From Eledone cirrhosa (taxonomy: Eukaryota), in the NCBI GenBank assembly GCA_964016885.1, contig OZ024740.1, positions 183,458,001 through 183,522,000 on the forward strand: a stretch of DNA of 64,000 nt. Reading direction: 5' to 3'. The notes under the pieces are model-generated. The model was not told the origin of the DNA and ran no database searches. It saw only the letters and a program-made list of their open reading frames with translations. Of this stretch, positions 37,985 to 52,792 are shown piece by piece (position 1 is the first letter of the stretch; each line of letters starts with the position of its first letter). Position numbers and translations under genes: made by a program.

Positions 37985-40923
37985 TACATTACAGGCATGC
38001 ACCTAATTATTTCACACCTGAGCCCAGTCCATGGAAGTGCAATATACGCATGTGTCAAATCTGCTATCCAAAATAGCAGAGACCTCTCCGACGGAGGGCT
38101 GGAGATCCTGCAAGTAGACACAGAACACCTAAACATTGTGTCAGTATATAAACCTTCACCAACCCCCCTTCATGTAGCCACTGTAACACCAGCTTGGTAA
38201 CAAGGCATGCCTTGTTGTTGGAGACTTCAATACCACCTAGGGTTACAACTACACTAATAATTGTTTCTACCACTGGTACTTTATTTTATCGACCCCGTAA
38301 GGATGAAAGGCAAAGTCAACCTCGGCGGGATTTGAACTCAGATCGTAAAGGGACGTAACTATGCTGGAAAGCATGGCGTCCGACCCTCCACTGATACTGC
38401 CAATCCACCGCCCTTTACACTAATAATGACGGGGCAGCAGTGGAGGAATGGGCCATTACCCGTGACCTCACAGTCATGCACAATCTAAAAGACAATGCAT
38501 CCTTCCAAAGCGCACGCTGGAGGAGAGGATATAATCCCGACCTAGTTTTCGTATCATCTAGACACTACCAGAATTTTAACAAATTAATTGGTGACCCAAT
38601 ACCCAAGTCCTAACACCGACCGATGGTCATCGAAATAAAACCTGTTATGAGACCACGAGAGACAGTGCCTAAAGCCAGGCTAAATGGAAGAACTTCACAT
38701 TAGACCTAGAAGCTGGGATCCCCAACATCCGTCCAAGCCCACTGCAGTATGATGACTTCCAAACACTTGTGTGGGAGGCCACAAAGAAAAATATCCCAAG
38801 AGGCTGCAGGAAGTCTTACATCCCAGGACTCAATGAGCAAAACAAAGAAATGTACTAGGAGTACGTCCAGGCATATAATGACGACCTATTTGCCATAAAC
38901 ACCATAGAGCTCGGAGAAATCCTGACAGCCTCGATCAACAATGAAAAAGAAAGAGCGTTGGCAAGAAGTCGTAACCAACATCGATATGACTCATAACAGC
39001 AAAAACGCCTGGGCAACCATCAAAAAATTAAGCTCTGAAAAGAAACCACAACCAAGAATAGCTGCCATTACCCCAAACGAAGTGGCACACCAACTGCTAC
39101 TCAACCGTAAGCCCAAGAATAGAGAAAGGGGATACCTAAGGGAAATGAAACAGGACATGAAGCATGCAATGCACAACTCTGACAAAAACTTTGAACAATT
39201 TAACATGGAAGAGCTTCATGCAGCTATGAAACACCTTAAACCCGGGAAGGCAACCGGCCTGGATGGCATCACAGTGGAGGTGATACTGCACTTTGGAGGA
39301 ATGGTGAAAACGTGGCTCCTGTCGCTCTTTAATAACTGTGCATCAGCCTGTCAAATACCAAGTATATGGAGAAGAGCTAGAGTGGTGGCTCTCTTGAAAC
39401 CAGGCAAAGACCCGGCATCTCCAAAGAGCTACCGACCAATATACTTACTGTGCACCCTTTACAAACTATACGATCATGGCTCGCTTGTCCCCTACTGTAG
39501 AAGAACAACTATCTCCAGACCAGGTTGGCTTCCGACCCGGCTGATCATGCTGCGGTCAAGTACTGAACCAAACTCAATACATCGAGGATGGATTTGAGGC
39601 CAAACAAATTACCGGAGCAGTCTTTGTCAACCTCACAGCTGCCTACGACACTGTGAACCACAGATCACTTATTTTAAAGGTGGCCCAAACAGTTTGGAAC
39701 ACCAGTGCAGTCCGCATAGTTGAGTCACTGCTCATCAATCGGTGATTCTTTGTTGAGATGGATGGCAGGCGGAGTAGGTGGAGGGTACAGAACAACGGAC
39801 TCCCACAGGGCTCTGTGCTGGCCCCTATGCTGTTCAACATTTACACAAATGACCCGCCGCAGTTCCACACTATTCGTAGATTCATATATGCGGATGATCT
39901 CTGCATCGCAAGACAGTCAGGCTCCTTTGATACAATCGAGGAAAGACTATCAAATGCCCTGTCAACTCAGTCTGCATACTACAAAAAATGGTACCTTAAC
40001 GCTAATGCCAGCAAAACGCAGGTGTGTGCCTTCCATCTTAACAACCACCAAGCAAACAGGAAACTAAAAATCAGGTGGGGCAACAATGAACTGGAAAACC
40101 ACCCTCATCCAGTTTACGTCGGAGTTGCCCTTGATAGAACGCTCTCCTTCAAACAACACATAGACAAACTTAAAAGTAAACTGGCAACTAGAAATAATCT
40201 CCTCAGCAAACTAACCAACACCAGCTGGAGTGCAGATCCCATAACACTGAGCGAAACAGCACTGGCACTCTGCTACTCCACCGCAGAATATTGTTCACCA
40301 GTATGGGCAAGGTTGTGCCATGCAAACCGAGTTGACCCAGAGTTGAACAAATCATGCCGGATGATCACCGGAACATTAAAAGCAACTCACCTTCCAGCCG
40401 TATACACTCTTGCCGGCATTCCACCGCCCCACATACGACGAGAGGTCAGCGCAAAAACTGAACGGTACAAACAACAACACGATCCCAGGCATCCACTCTA
40501 TGGCCACCAGGAAATAAGAAGATGATTAAAATCTCGAAAAATCTTTTTAACCGTGCATAGCCTGGAGCATGCACAATCGGCAGCTTACAGGTTGGAAAAG
40601 TGGAGGGAGAGTGACCGCCGCCCACCCAACGCGGCCTTACCAAGCCCTAATGAAAGCCTCCCCAATGGAACATATCTTAGCAGAAAAGACTGGGTAACCC
40701 TAAACAGGGACAGAGCCAAAACGGGCAAAACTGGAGACAACCTCCACAAGTGGAGATTGGCCACCTGCACTGAGTGCCCCTGCGGCGAGAACTCTCAGAT
40801 GGTAGCCCACATACTCCATGGGTGCCCACTGGGACCCACATGCTCCGACCAAGTCCTGATGGAAGCAAACAACACTGCACTTCAATGGATATGGCACTGG
40901 CGTGAGAAGATATAAGGATGATT
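37985..40923 (+). mobile_element. Ingi/Vingi-like LINE (APE, RT, C-terminal CCHC), disrupted
   Basis: IVSVYKP, VVGDFN, SARWRRGYNPDLVF, KATGLDGI, SYRPI, GLPQGSVLAPMLFNIYTND, YADDL, KTQVCAFHLNNHQANRKL, WVTLNR..CPCG..Q...HILHGCP. No RNase H seen. The clade name is inferred from motif style. Confidence 0.85.
38262..38416 (-). mobile_element. Meta-like SINE inserted in the Vingi-like LINE
   Basis: Same family as 33875. Flanked by the 11-bp direct repeat acactaataat (38251-38261 and 38417-38427). Confidence 0.85.
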
Positions 40924-41619
40924 AAAGGGAATATTGGAAAGCTTTGAAATGATTGCCACTTTCTTCCAGATAAGAGCAGTCTTTGGTTAGACAGAATTGT
41001 TCTTGTATAAATGTTCAAAATAGCTGGTATTGCCTGGTGGGAATATAACAAATTCAACTGGCTCTTATTCATAAAAAAAAACATTTATGTTCCTTTTTTC
41101 AAAATTTATATACTTCCTTTCAAGGAATGTATTTATACTCTCAACTGCCTGCAATGGTATCTTTGGAATATTGTTAATAAATTTTTTAGTAATCTACTGA
41201 TATCAAAATCAGTAGTATATTGAAAAATGAAAAAAATGGGTGGGGGTAGGAGGAGGGGACGTTTCGTTATTTTGAGATTTAAGGAGCAAAAGGGGTCGTT
41301 TGGCCTAAATAGGTTGAGAACCTATGATTTAAACCACATCCCACCCTACAAAAGGCCATTAACTAATTTGCATTAAGCCACTCACCAACACAATAAAATC
41401 TCTACCCTATACTTATGTCGTCTCATCCCTTTGCTTTTTTTACCAGTAGTACATTGACGTTTGCTCATTCAAGCTAGATGGTCTCATGACTAGTCTACGT
41501 AGGTACTCACAACACTCTTGTTTCTTCTCTCATCACTGACATGTTGTAACTCCCCCAGGCCTTGTACTACCCATTATGCTTAATTCTTCCTAACCAGAAT
41601 GTTGAAGTTCTGAGATCCA

Positions 41620-42110
41620 ACTGTTGACACAAAAGATTTGTTCCTATGTAAAAATGGATAACTCTATGATGCCTGTGTGCAATGTGTGATACTGCATGTT
41701 AGTGAAAAATAGGCTGTGACTACAGATAACATGTATAGACTAGAACAAAATGAAGTAACCTTGCTTTGTTGGATGTATAATGTAAATGTGTGAGAAAGGC
41801 AGAGCTCAGATGAGCTGAGAGAGAAGCTGGGTTTAAGAGGAATCTGAAGTAGCGAGTAAGAGAGATGACTGCATTGTTACAGGCATGAGATGCACATGGA
41901 TGATGACTACTGGGCGAAGAAGTGCCTGGAAATCCCAGTGGAAGAAAGCTGAAGTAGAAGTAGATCAAGAAAGACTTGGGCAGATGTGATGAGAACTGAT
42001 CTAAAATTGCTGAGACTCAGAGAGGATATGACAAAGGAAAATGGCAAGGGAGAGATTTTGGGCTGAGAAGGACTCGTCCAACAAATGCAAGCATAGAAAA
42101 ATGGGTGTAA
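41620..42110 (+). mobile_element. Degenerate RTE 3' fragment
   Basis: Nucleotide similarity to the 3' coding end and tail of the RTE copies at 18473 and 47185. Confidence 0.6.
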
Positions 42111-42114
42111 AAAT

Positions 42115-42300
42115 AATTGTTTCTATTTTTGGCACAAGGCGAGCAATTAGTCCAGTGTATTACTGGTATTTTATTTTATCAAACCCATAAGGATGAAAGG
42201 CAAGTTAACTTCGGCAGGATTTGAACTCGGACCATAAAGAGACGTAACTCTATGCTGCAAAGCATGGCATCCGACTCTCTACTGATACTGCCAATCCACC
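42115..42300 (-). mobile_element. Meta-like SINE copy
   Basis: Same family as 33875 and 38262. Confidence 0.78.
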
Positions 42301-43949
42301 GATATTGATGAAAAAATTATGATGATTAAGCTGATCTTGGAGGCAAAGCCTCACTTTTTCTAGATCAAACCAAACCAATAAACAAAATAAAATTAAGGCA
42401 TTTTATCCTTAATTATCCCATCCAGAAGAACACTCTTTGATGTGTCTTTCCTTTTTATCAAGGTAAATTTTGATTGGAGATAAATTTTGATTTCTAGTGA
42501 GTTGAATAACCACTACATAGTTATCATTGCCTTGGGGTTACTAGAATTATTTACAATAATGATTTTAATATCTTGTAATATACTTAATTTCTTTTTAACA
42601 ATGGGAAGCATTTGAAATCTCTGTGAATTAGATTTTTAATATTTAGTTTAATAAGTTAGTTAAAAAATATTTTAATTCAAGTTTATCTGAAAATGTTTTC
42701 TTTGTTACTCTACTTTGCAAATTATTCACAATGTCTAAAGAATTTTTTCAGATAAAATATATTACAAGCTTAGAAGATATAGAGGACCATTATAAACTCC
42801 TTGTGGAGTTTAATATGATTTTATAATTAGCAGGCGAACGTTATTCAGCTATAAGTGAAAATCAACGGCCGAATATATTTCTAGGACTTCAAATTTGCAT
42901 CATAATTTGTATCGAAATTCTCAAGAACAAAATTATTGAAAAATGTAATAAGTTCTTTCATCATCAGTAACATTAAATGAAAAATCAATGTTGACTTTGA
43001 TCGAGATGAACAAGAGTGGATTTGAATACATATAAAAATGAGAAAACTTATTGCTACAACACCCATTAAAACAGCTAAATGCTGTCAAAGACAGCGATGG
43101 ACAAAAATGCCTCAGGGAACAGAGAGACAATCCACAAAATGGGCGAGAGGCAGATTAAACACAAAAAAGAGGAAGAGGAAGAGAACAATCAATAATATCA
43201 TTTAAATATGCTTTCTATGGGTTTGGTGGGTTGTTACAAGTCCATTCTTATTCAAAGTTATTACATCTTCAGGTGGTTTGGAGGACTATGTTTTTCTCAT
43301 ACATTATGTTTTTGGCATGGTTTCTATAGCTAGCTGCCCTTCTCATTGCCAAATATTTTATAAAGTGTACTAAGTGCATTTTATCCTTGTTACATGTGCC
43401 TCATACAGAATTAGATTTACAGAAAATTATAATTTGCACAATGGCATTAAGATCTTGTATTTTTAGTTTTACACAAATCAATATTAATCAAATACAAATG
43501 GGTAAGCCAAAGCCTGGAAGATATAGATTTGTTAGCTTACAATAGAAAAGGCATTCATTAATCCCTATTGCATAGACTATAAACCAGATGAAATATACAA
43601 CAGCAAAACAAGCATTTTAAGGCCATTTATCCCTACTAAAGCCAGTGACATGAGATATCAATCAATAGGTTACACTGCTTACATGGACTCTCTTGACTCT
43701 TTGTCACCATCCAATTCTATTATTCATATTTGGCAGGTCAGAAGGATTGCAGTTTATGTCATCATAAATCTGCTTGATATAGGTCTTGGCTTATCCTCTG
43801 CTAGCTCTTCCTTGTGTAGACTCCCTAAAAATAACTTCACTAACAATTTCATCTTTAGCTCTCCAGAAATATCCCATTAATCTGATTCTATACTCTCTGA
43901 TGATGTCTGATATTGAACTTAAGATATACTGTTATGAAATTGAAAATAT

Positions 43950-44520
43950 ATTTGTGAATAATGAAAGGGAAAACTATATTGATATATCAAAGTATTTGGA
44001 TATAGATTTGTTGATTTAAAAATTACAATTATTTTCATTAATTACAATGGGTAGTCTATACTTTATTAGCTTGTTAATCTAAAATTTCAGAATATGTTCC
44101 TGAAATACTAAAGAAAAGACTATAACCTATATAATATAGATTTGTAGGTCTAAAGTTATATCCATAATTTATATGTATTTATCAATTACAATGGGTTGGT
44201 TATAAGTTTAGAAAATATAGATTGTTAGACTAAAATTGAAAATATGTCATCAATCACAATTGAAAATAAAATCATAAATCAGTATAGGGTAGGCAATATA
44301 GCCCAAACGATATATATACTGTTGATCTAAAATTGAAAATGAATTCATGAATAACAAAAGTGAAGGCTTTATAGCCAAGTAAATATAGATTTGTTGGTCT
44401 AAAATTGAAAATATATTCATCAATCACAATTGGGTAGGTTAGAGTCTAGAGGATATTGATTTGTTGGTCTAAAATTAAAAATAAATTCATCAAATACTAA
44501 AGTATAGTTTATGGCTTAGA
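43950..44520 (+). repeat. Degenerate minisatellite of about 60-65 bp
   Basis: Recurring atatagatttgttggtctaaaattgaaaatatattcatcaat-like units; a stray copy near 43520. Confidence 0.7.
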
Positions 44521-44911
44521 AGATGTAAATTTTACTTGTAGCAATTTCTATTATCAGAACGAACAAATATCACTCACTTGTTTTCTAGAATCATGATATG
44601 CAGTCCATACAAAAGAGAAGGAGGCAAGAGCCTATGATTTTGAGGAGGGCTTACTTATCTCAAATTCTAGTTCTTATATTTTTAAGTACATAATCTATAC
44701 TAAACGTTTAGCTCATACATATGTCATATGTTTGTAGTTTGATTGTTAGAATATTTTATAGACAGTTGCAAATAGGGCCTATATTTCAGATCTTCATTAG
44801 ACCTATTAGTATTTTTTGAGGATGGGGTGCAGAAGCTTAATCTATTACTGATATTGTATAGACTTATATATCATCATCATCGTTTAATGTCCATCTTCTA
44901 CGCTAGCATGG

Positions 44912-45026
<115 letters not shown>

Positions 45027-45032
45027 TATATT

Positions 45033-45360
45033 CAAAAAAAGGAAAAGAATGACTTCACTTGTAGTTCTAAAGAATTTGATTTAATTTCATAATATTATGA
45101 ATTGGTAGATCTAGTAAGTTCTTTGCTATCTTCGGTGGGGAGATTTTTAAAAATTACAGGTTAACTTTCCTGGAGAACTTTCTCACATTCGTTGGTGGCA
45201 ATTGGCAAGTGAAAGTTTTCCAGGGAAGTTAACTAGGAATCTTTAAAAATCTTCCCATCGAAGTTAACAAAGAACTTACTAGATCTACCAAATCATAATA
45301 TTATAAAATTAAATCAAATTGTTTAGAACTACAAGCGAAGTCATTATTTTCCTTTTTTTA
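45033..45360. repeat. Imperfect palindrome (about 150-bp arms, short spacer) between (TA)n tracts
   Basis: 45033-45182 is the reverse complement of about 45212-45360. Confidence 0.88.
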
Positions 45361-45399
45361 AATATACCTAACTGTACCAACGATTTCACACATTTTCCA

Positions 45400-45433
<34 letters not shown>

Positions 45434-47184
45434 GGCGTGGAAGAGAAAGATACAGAGAGAGACAAGGAGAGAGAGAGAGTTAATGCTTGGTTGTAAATTT
45501 ATAGGTATGTAAATAACAACAAACATTTATTATCCATATATTAGGCAAAGCTGGTATTTGAGATGTGGCAATGCCAGCTAATCATACATGATTAGCCAGC
45601 ATCGGTGAAACTCAAGTACCAATGAACCATCATATATATAATGTACATATATCTGTGCCCATGTAGTCATGTGTACCTTAGTATATGCATATATATATAC
45701 CAAAAATAAATGGAAAAAACACAATAGAGGATAAAGTACAATCATCATCGATACTGAAGCATGGCTACTAACCTCCCATACAGGCTGAGGTGTCTGTATC
45801 CTTCTTACATATGATCATAGCAAGTGCAGAGCAGAAGTTGTAATATCTTTTGACATAAACTGAAAGGTACTCCAAACCCCTTGTATGGCAAGCTTTCTAT
45901 GGCTGGACGACCCTCTTAACACCAACCCCTTTACAGTGTGTACTGCTTTTATTATGTAGATTACCAACACTAGGGAGGCTAAGGTATCCTTGACACAACT
46001 AAAGGGTCCTGCTAATGAAGATATATATTATTTTCAAACTTAATATAGTAGGAGAATTCTTAACATTTTGGATTCTAATCTGAATGGGAATTTAAAGAAG
46101 AAATAGAAAGATAGAGGAGAGTGAACAGGGGTAGAAATGAAAGATTTCTTTGAGAAAAAGCAGGTATACCTATGCATATGGTTGTGATGGCAACATGTCA
46201 AACACTGCTCAGCCACACTGTAATGTCATCATGTAGCTGTTACAACAAAAATCACCCAGAACACACTGTAAATGTGGTTGGCATTAGGAAGGGCATCCAG
46301 CAGTAGAAACCAAGCCATAAACAGTTCTGTGTGAGAAAGGCACAGTCACCTGACTTTCTATTTTGACACTCAGTATGACATCAGCCATACTCACTGAACC
46401 AGAACTATCTCTCCCACTCCCATTTCTTGACCATTATCTTTTGTTTGGCAGAAAACTTTTTATGACAAACCATCCTTTTCTGGCACCTACATTATATGGC
46501 CAATCATGTGACTGCAAAAATGGCAATAAAGAACCCACATAACATTTTATGTACTTATTCAGATGACAGTCATCAACCAACCAAATTACCCTTATAAAAA
46601 AACAACAATTTGAGCCACATTTTTTAAGGAAAACACAATAAGAACTTTGGAATGCAAACTGGCACAACATTTATTGTACTGACGGTCATCAACCAACCAA
46701 ATTATTTTCTTTTTAAAAATCCAGGAACTTGAACCACTTTTTCCACATAAAACAGAAAGAACTTTTGAATATGGATCAGATGCGAGACAAACCAAAAACC
46801 CTCCATCTCATCTCAATTCCACTTTTAAAAAGCATAAGAACTGTGAAACCAGGAAAGGAAATAAATATATATATATAATAGAAAATCACTGAGAGTAGAT
46901 CCAATAAAGTAATCTAAAACAAGAATACTTTCCAAGCATTTTTCCCTATGGATATAGTTATAGTTAAGCCACCTAAATCTAGCAGGCTTTACTAAGTTCT
47001 TTTACTGCAGTTTCCAAGTTCAAGAACAGTTATGACCATTGCAATATATTGAGACAGTCTCTCCTGCCAGAATAGCTTTTAATCAGAGGGTTTCTGTAAG
47101 ATGTAAGAAAAAATATATAAACCTGTAAAGTGAAAGTAGTTCCTCCTCACCGATCCAGTATGGTGTAAGCAAAAATAAAATAAT

Positions 47185-48380
47185 CATCATCATCATCATC
47201 GTCGTCATTTTATGTCTACTTTTCACTGCTTGCAAGGGTGGGACGAGTCCTATTCAGCACAGCATCTCACTGTTCTTCATCATCTCCTCCGTGAGCTTCA
47301 GCGATCTGAGTTCAGCTCTCACCACCTCCATCCATGTTTTTCGTGGTCTTCCTCTACTGGGATTTCTTGGCACTTCTTTACCCAGTAGTCATCCTCCATG
47401 TGCATCACATATCCATACCAATGCAGTCTTCTCTCTCGCACACTACAGCCTATCCCACTTATATACAGTTTCTCTCTCAACTTATCTATGCTTGGTCGTT
47501 CATGCACATTAACACTAAACATCCAACAGAGCATGCTTGCTTCATTTCGATCCAGTCATCGCATATCCTCCGCAGTTGCTGCCCATGTCTAACTACTATG
47601 CAGCATTGTGCATCACACACAGGCATCATATAACCGGACTTTCGTTCGTAAGGAGAAACTCTTCTTTGTCAACAGAGGAAGCAGCTCACTAAACGTCTTC
47701 CAACCCATCCTTATTCTAGATATTATGGCATCGGAGCATCCTCCTCCTTTGCTAATCTGATCACCTAGGTATCGGAAGCTATCAACCACCTCTATAGATC
47801 CTATCTACATTTGACAAATGTGTCTATCACTGTGACTTCAACTGTTAAATGTCCCTGTACTTCTACTGCATATGTAGTTTTCCCTACATGTTAGTTTGCC
47901 TGCTATCCAAATACATTTTTTGTGTACCCAAGATCTACATTGCGTACATTTTATAGAATTTATGCCAACTCCTTTTCTACATATCGAACATGGCCATTTC
48001 CCTGATGGAATCAGAGTTTTGTCCTCTTTTCTACTTATCAATACTTTTGTCTTAGCTAGGTTCACTCTCAGTCCTCTTGATTCCAACTGCTGTTTACATA
48101 GCCAGAATTTATTCTCTAGCTCCTCTACTGATTCTGCTATAAGTAACATATCGTCAGCATAGAGAAATTCCCATGAGCAGCGAGTCTTAAACTCCTCTGT
48201 TAAGGCTTGGAGGATTATAATGATTAAGAGCAGACAGAGGACCAAACCCTGATGCACTCCTACTTGTATCTGGAATTCCTCACTAAAGTCCAGTCCTACT
48301 CTCACTTTACTGACAGCACCCATGTACATAGATTGCACTGTTGTCACAACCATTCCGCTACACCTAGTTTCCTTATTAAA
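47185..48380 (-). mobile_element. RTE-clade LINE 3' fragment (same family as 18473-21358)
   Basis: VGVHQGLVL, LYADDML, GKWPCSICRKGVG..C..C.SWVHKKC, RRLHWYG; (GAT)n tail. Confidence 0.88.
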
Positions 48381-49786
48381 AGGATGCGTAGATCTACTAA
48401 CAAGGTAAATATTTGCATATATGGAAAAAATGGCGAGTCTAGATTTTCACTAGAAACACACACACATATATATATATATATGTAAAATTGTCATGTAGGT
48501 GACACAGCAAAAAGCACCCAGTTCACACTCTAAATGAGGTTGGCATTAGGAAGGGCATCCAGCTATAAAAACCAATCCAAAATCAGTTCTGTATGAGCAA
48601 GACAGGGCACCTGACCTGACATTGCCAACAACAGGTCAACGTGTCTAACCCATGCTAGCATGGAAAAAGGTGATCATGATGAGGATATATATATGGGCTA
48701 TATATATGAAGCATAGTTACCCCTTATTCCAAGCAAATATGACCATAAAAATAGTTGATCGCTAGAAATAATAATTGCAAATGTTGGATAAAATACTCTT
48801 GGAGGTGGAAAAAGGTGGTCTCAGATATTTTACCTGATTTCCTCAACTATTATTTACTATTATCTATAGTGCTCTGCTAATATGGTCATCTCTACATTGG
48901 GTTGACTACATTTAAATGTTTTCCAATGCTTCTTAAGTCACTGGTTGTTTATATGTGCACGTGGCTTAATGGTTAGAGAATAGGATTCACAATTGAGAGG
49001 AAGGTGGGTTCAATTCCCAGACTGGGTGATGCATTATGTCCTTCAGCAAGGCACTTTGTTTCACATTGCTCCTTTTACCAGGAATTGTGACATGAAGATA
49101 GTATTAACAATGGCAAGAACAAATGAGGTTGGAGCTAGTTGATCATCTCTCCCATATATATCAGAAAACATCCTGAAACTTATGTTGGGTTTATGACAAG
49201 AACCTCTTCAGTATTAGATCAGATATGTTAGATATGCATATGGCTTGAGGCTACTTATGTTAAGTTTCTAACTAAAACGAAATGGTAGTTGACAACAGAA
49301 TTCAGATTGTATTCGTCCAGATAAATTCTATTTATTTTGTCATTTTGCTTATCAATTTGTTCGATTTTTTCCCGATTTTTTCTTTTCTGTTTCACCATAG
49401 AATGGCAATAAGATCATCTTACTTGTACACCACCAAAGTTAAGTTATGTCATCTTGTATTATGTTATTTGCATACATGTGGCCTCCTGTCAAATTACATC
49501 ATTATTACTATTCCCCTTGGCTTCATTCATTAACCAAGTTTATTTTCTCTCTTTATTTTATTTCTCTTAATTTATCTTACAATGTTGCAGTCACAGGTTT
49601 GGATACTACTATTACTGTGGCTGTTTTATCCTTATATCATTATCATCATCATTGACTACGACAACTACTACCAGCACTACTACTAATTCTACTACTACTA
49701 ATTATACCAGCACTACTACTATTACTACTGCCAGCACTATTACTACTGTTGCTTTTGTTTTATTGTCATCTCACATTATTATTTAA

Positions 49787-49980
49787 GGGTGGTGGATTGG
49801 CAGCAGGTCAGACGCCATGCTTTGCAGCATAGAGTTACGGCCCTTTATGGCCTGAGTTCAAATACTGCCGAGGTTAACTTTGCCTTTCATCCTTACGGGG
49901 TCGATAAAATAAAGTACCAGTAATGCACTGGGATAATTGCTGGCCTTGTGCCAAAAGTAGAAACAATTATTATTATTATT
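49787..49980 (+). mobile_element. Meta-like SINE copy with (ATT)n tail
   Basis: Same family as 33875, 38262 and 42115. Confidence 0.78.
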
Positions 49981-52448
49981 ATCCTCATCATCATAATTTT
50001 TTACTTGTTTTTTTGTTTGTTTCACTTAGATGAAAAGGACGCCTTAGAGCCACTTTTGTGTGACAAAATTAAACAAAAAAAAATACAACCAAAAAATCAA
50101 AGCAAGAAATATATTGGTTAGTGTAAGCCAGTACAGCAGACATCCATTATGATTTCATGCTCAAAAGACGATTGCTAAATATGACTAAATCTCTAGTTAC
50201 TGAATGTATTGTGTAACATTGGATGGTGTTTGGTTTGAATGTGCAAAATCAACTTTATTAAACGTTGTCATCCATTGTTGTTCTGGAGTGTGAATTATAG
50301 TAACTAGCAGAAATAGTTGGGTATTTATTTGATGAGTTGGTTTCTATGTTGTCTTTTGATCTGCTAAAATCTACAGTGAAATCTTTCCAAATAATACTTT
50401 ACTGTTTTCAAAGAGGATATAATATAATCCACAATATACTATATCATTAAAAAGACAGAGAGAATAGGGTTTTGACTCCATTTTACCATAAAGGCATATC
50501 AATCAGTTTTGAACTGGTGCTAAACATTAACCACCATCAGACATTTGCATCAAAAAGCAAGCCTCCATAAGGTCTTTTCATCAGCTGGAAATACCAAGAA
50601 ATATCTTAAAATTCTCATCCTAACATCGTAAAAATGTAAGAAATATTAGATAACATAGAGCTAGATATATTATACCTGAAAATGAAAGCTATATATTTTA
50701 TGACAAGAATACCCTCAATAATATGATTGCTTAATCATGGCTGATATAATCTATAGAAAACACTTTAGCCATGTCAAAGACATGATAAACTCTCTAGTTA
50801 TAACATGAAAGATTCCCTCAGTACCTTCTATCAAATAGATGATATTAGGAATGGCAACTAACAGTAGAAAACTTTCTAAATAAAGCGATGGGATGACAAT
50901 TTAGTTGTAGAAAGGGCATAGCAACCATCCAGTACAGGCTGTAAAGGGGTTAGCATTAGGAAGAGCATCCAGCTTGAGATGACTGTTCAATTGTGTCAAG
51001 GATATAACAACCTCTGTTGTGTCAGTGCCACATACACTCTGTAGCCAATACACACTATATCACCCAGGAACATATGTAAACAAAATATGGCCCTACAGCT
51101 TGTGTGAGAAGTTAGTAGTTCTGATTCAGTACTGAGTTATACAACCAATGCTAGTATGGACAAGTGGATAATAAACAATGATGATGGCATATAATATGCA
51201 ATAAATTAAATCTAAGATTACAGCCATCATGTTTTGTATAGATTAAACTGAATTAAATATATGGAACAGTTGTAAACAATTGTCTTATATGCGATATATC
51301 TGGGTTCAGAACAAGGGGGATCAGCTAGATTGGTTCAACCTTATATTTGAATTTTAGTAGTATTACTTGTAGTAGTAGTAGTATTCAATAATTATGATAA
51401 TAAAAATGGAATTTGACAGGAGGCTACATGTATGTGCCCATCTATAACTGTCTATGGAGACATTGTATCTATAGGAGAATCAATCAACAAGAATCCAGAC
51501 CCCATTTGCTTACATAGTGAGGTAGAACTCCTCAAATTAGACCAAGAAAACAATGTTTCCATTGGTCTTTCCAATGCTCATACTACCTATCAGATATAAC
51601 TCCTGACAGAAAGAACAACGTGAAACAAAATGGCTTGCTCAAGGAGATAGCACATAGTCTGGTCCAAGAATCAAACTCATATCCTCACAATTGTGAATCC
51701 AACTCACTAACTACTAAGCCATGTGCCTTCATGTAAATTGTATATATAGCCACTATTATTAATGGTTTAGAAAAATAAGAAAAACTGTTGGCATATATAA
51801 TGCATTCATGGCAGCTAGACTAATTAATAAATTATTAAAATGTTAGCAGTGTGTAGTTTTGAAGTAATAATTTAATTTAGCAGTGGTTCTCAACATTTTC
51901 ACTACCAAGAAACCCATCCATTTAAATTAATTTTTCTGTTAACCTCAGGCTTTTGATAGGTCTGTCTACTCAATAAGCTCATGAACCATTAGTAATATAT
52001 TTATAAATCTCCAAGGGTCCACAGGTCAAAGGTTGGAACTGTTATACCTTAGAATACATTTGTGAATTGTTCATCTTTTGTGATGTTTGAGTGGATACAC
52101 AGTGGGTGATATTAGAAAGAGGTTCATCTAATTTGGAGTTGGTGAATGTTTTCAAACATTTCCTTTGCTAAATATTGAGGAATTTCTCACTATAAATTCA
52201 CTTAATTACTTTAGTTCCTACATTATTGATTTACAATACTCGAAAAGATGGTCATAAAAAACATTTATTTATTGCAACCACTAAAACCTCATTAACAATA
52301 TCCACCTCCATTACTTTGTGTTTTTCATACATATAATACTGTAAATATCATATATTCTGCACATGATAACTGATTAGATGAACATGTGCTAAATTGTATA
52401 GTGTCTTTTTCAGCAACCAATCAATTTTTTTTATGTAGAGTTGACTGT

Positions 52449-52792
52449 GGAGGCACATAGCTTAGTGGTTAGAGCATTGGCTTTGCAATCGAAAGGTTGC
52501 GAGTTCAATTCTCAGACCGGGTGATGTGTTGTTTCCTTGAGCAAAACACTTTATTCCACATTGCTCCAGTTTACTCAGCTGTAGAAATGAGATGATAGGG
52601 ACTGGGGTCCATATCACTCCACTGCAAAGTGGTCGTGGAGGTGCCACGGCAAAAAAGTACCCACCACTCACTATAAATGAGGTTGGTGTTAGGAAGGGCA
52701 TCCAACTGTAGAAATCAAGCCAGAATCAGTTCCCGTCCCACCCTTGCAAGCAGAGAAAAAGCGGACGTAAAATGAAATGATGATGAGGATGA
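52449..52792 (+). mobile_element. tRNA-derived SINE with RTE-derived tail
   Basis: Near-identical to 17985-18327. Confidence 0.8.

Larger units (their letters stand above)
36371..41326 (+). mobile_element. hAT (Charlie/Buster-type) DNA transposon, internally deleted, with nested insertions
   Basis: TIRs CAAAGGTTCTCAAC (36371) and GTTGAGAACCTATG (ends 41326). 8-bp TSD attttaac / atttaaac (7 of 8 match). Transposase remnants inside. Confidence 0.82.

Noticed and set aside
42750-43090. Possible host exon after ttttttcag / ttctag acceptors
   Set aside because: All frames close quickly and no domain is recognisable.
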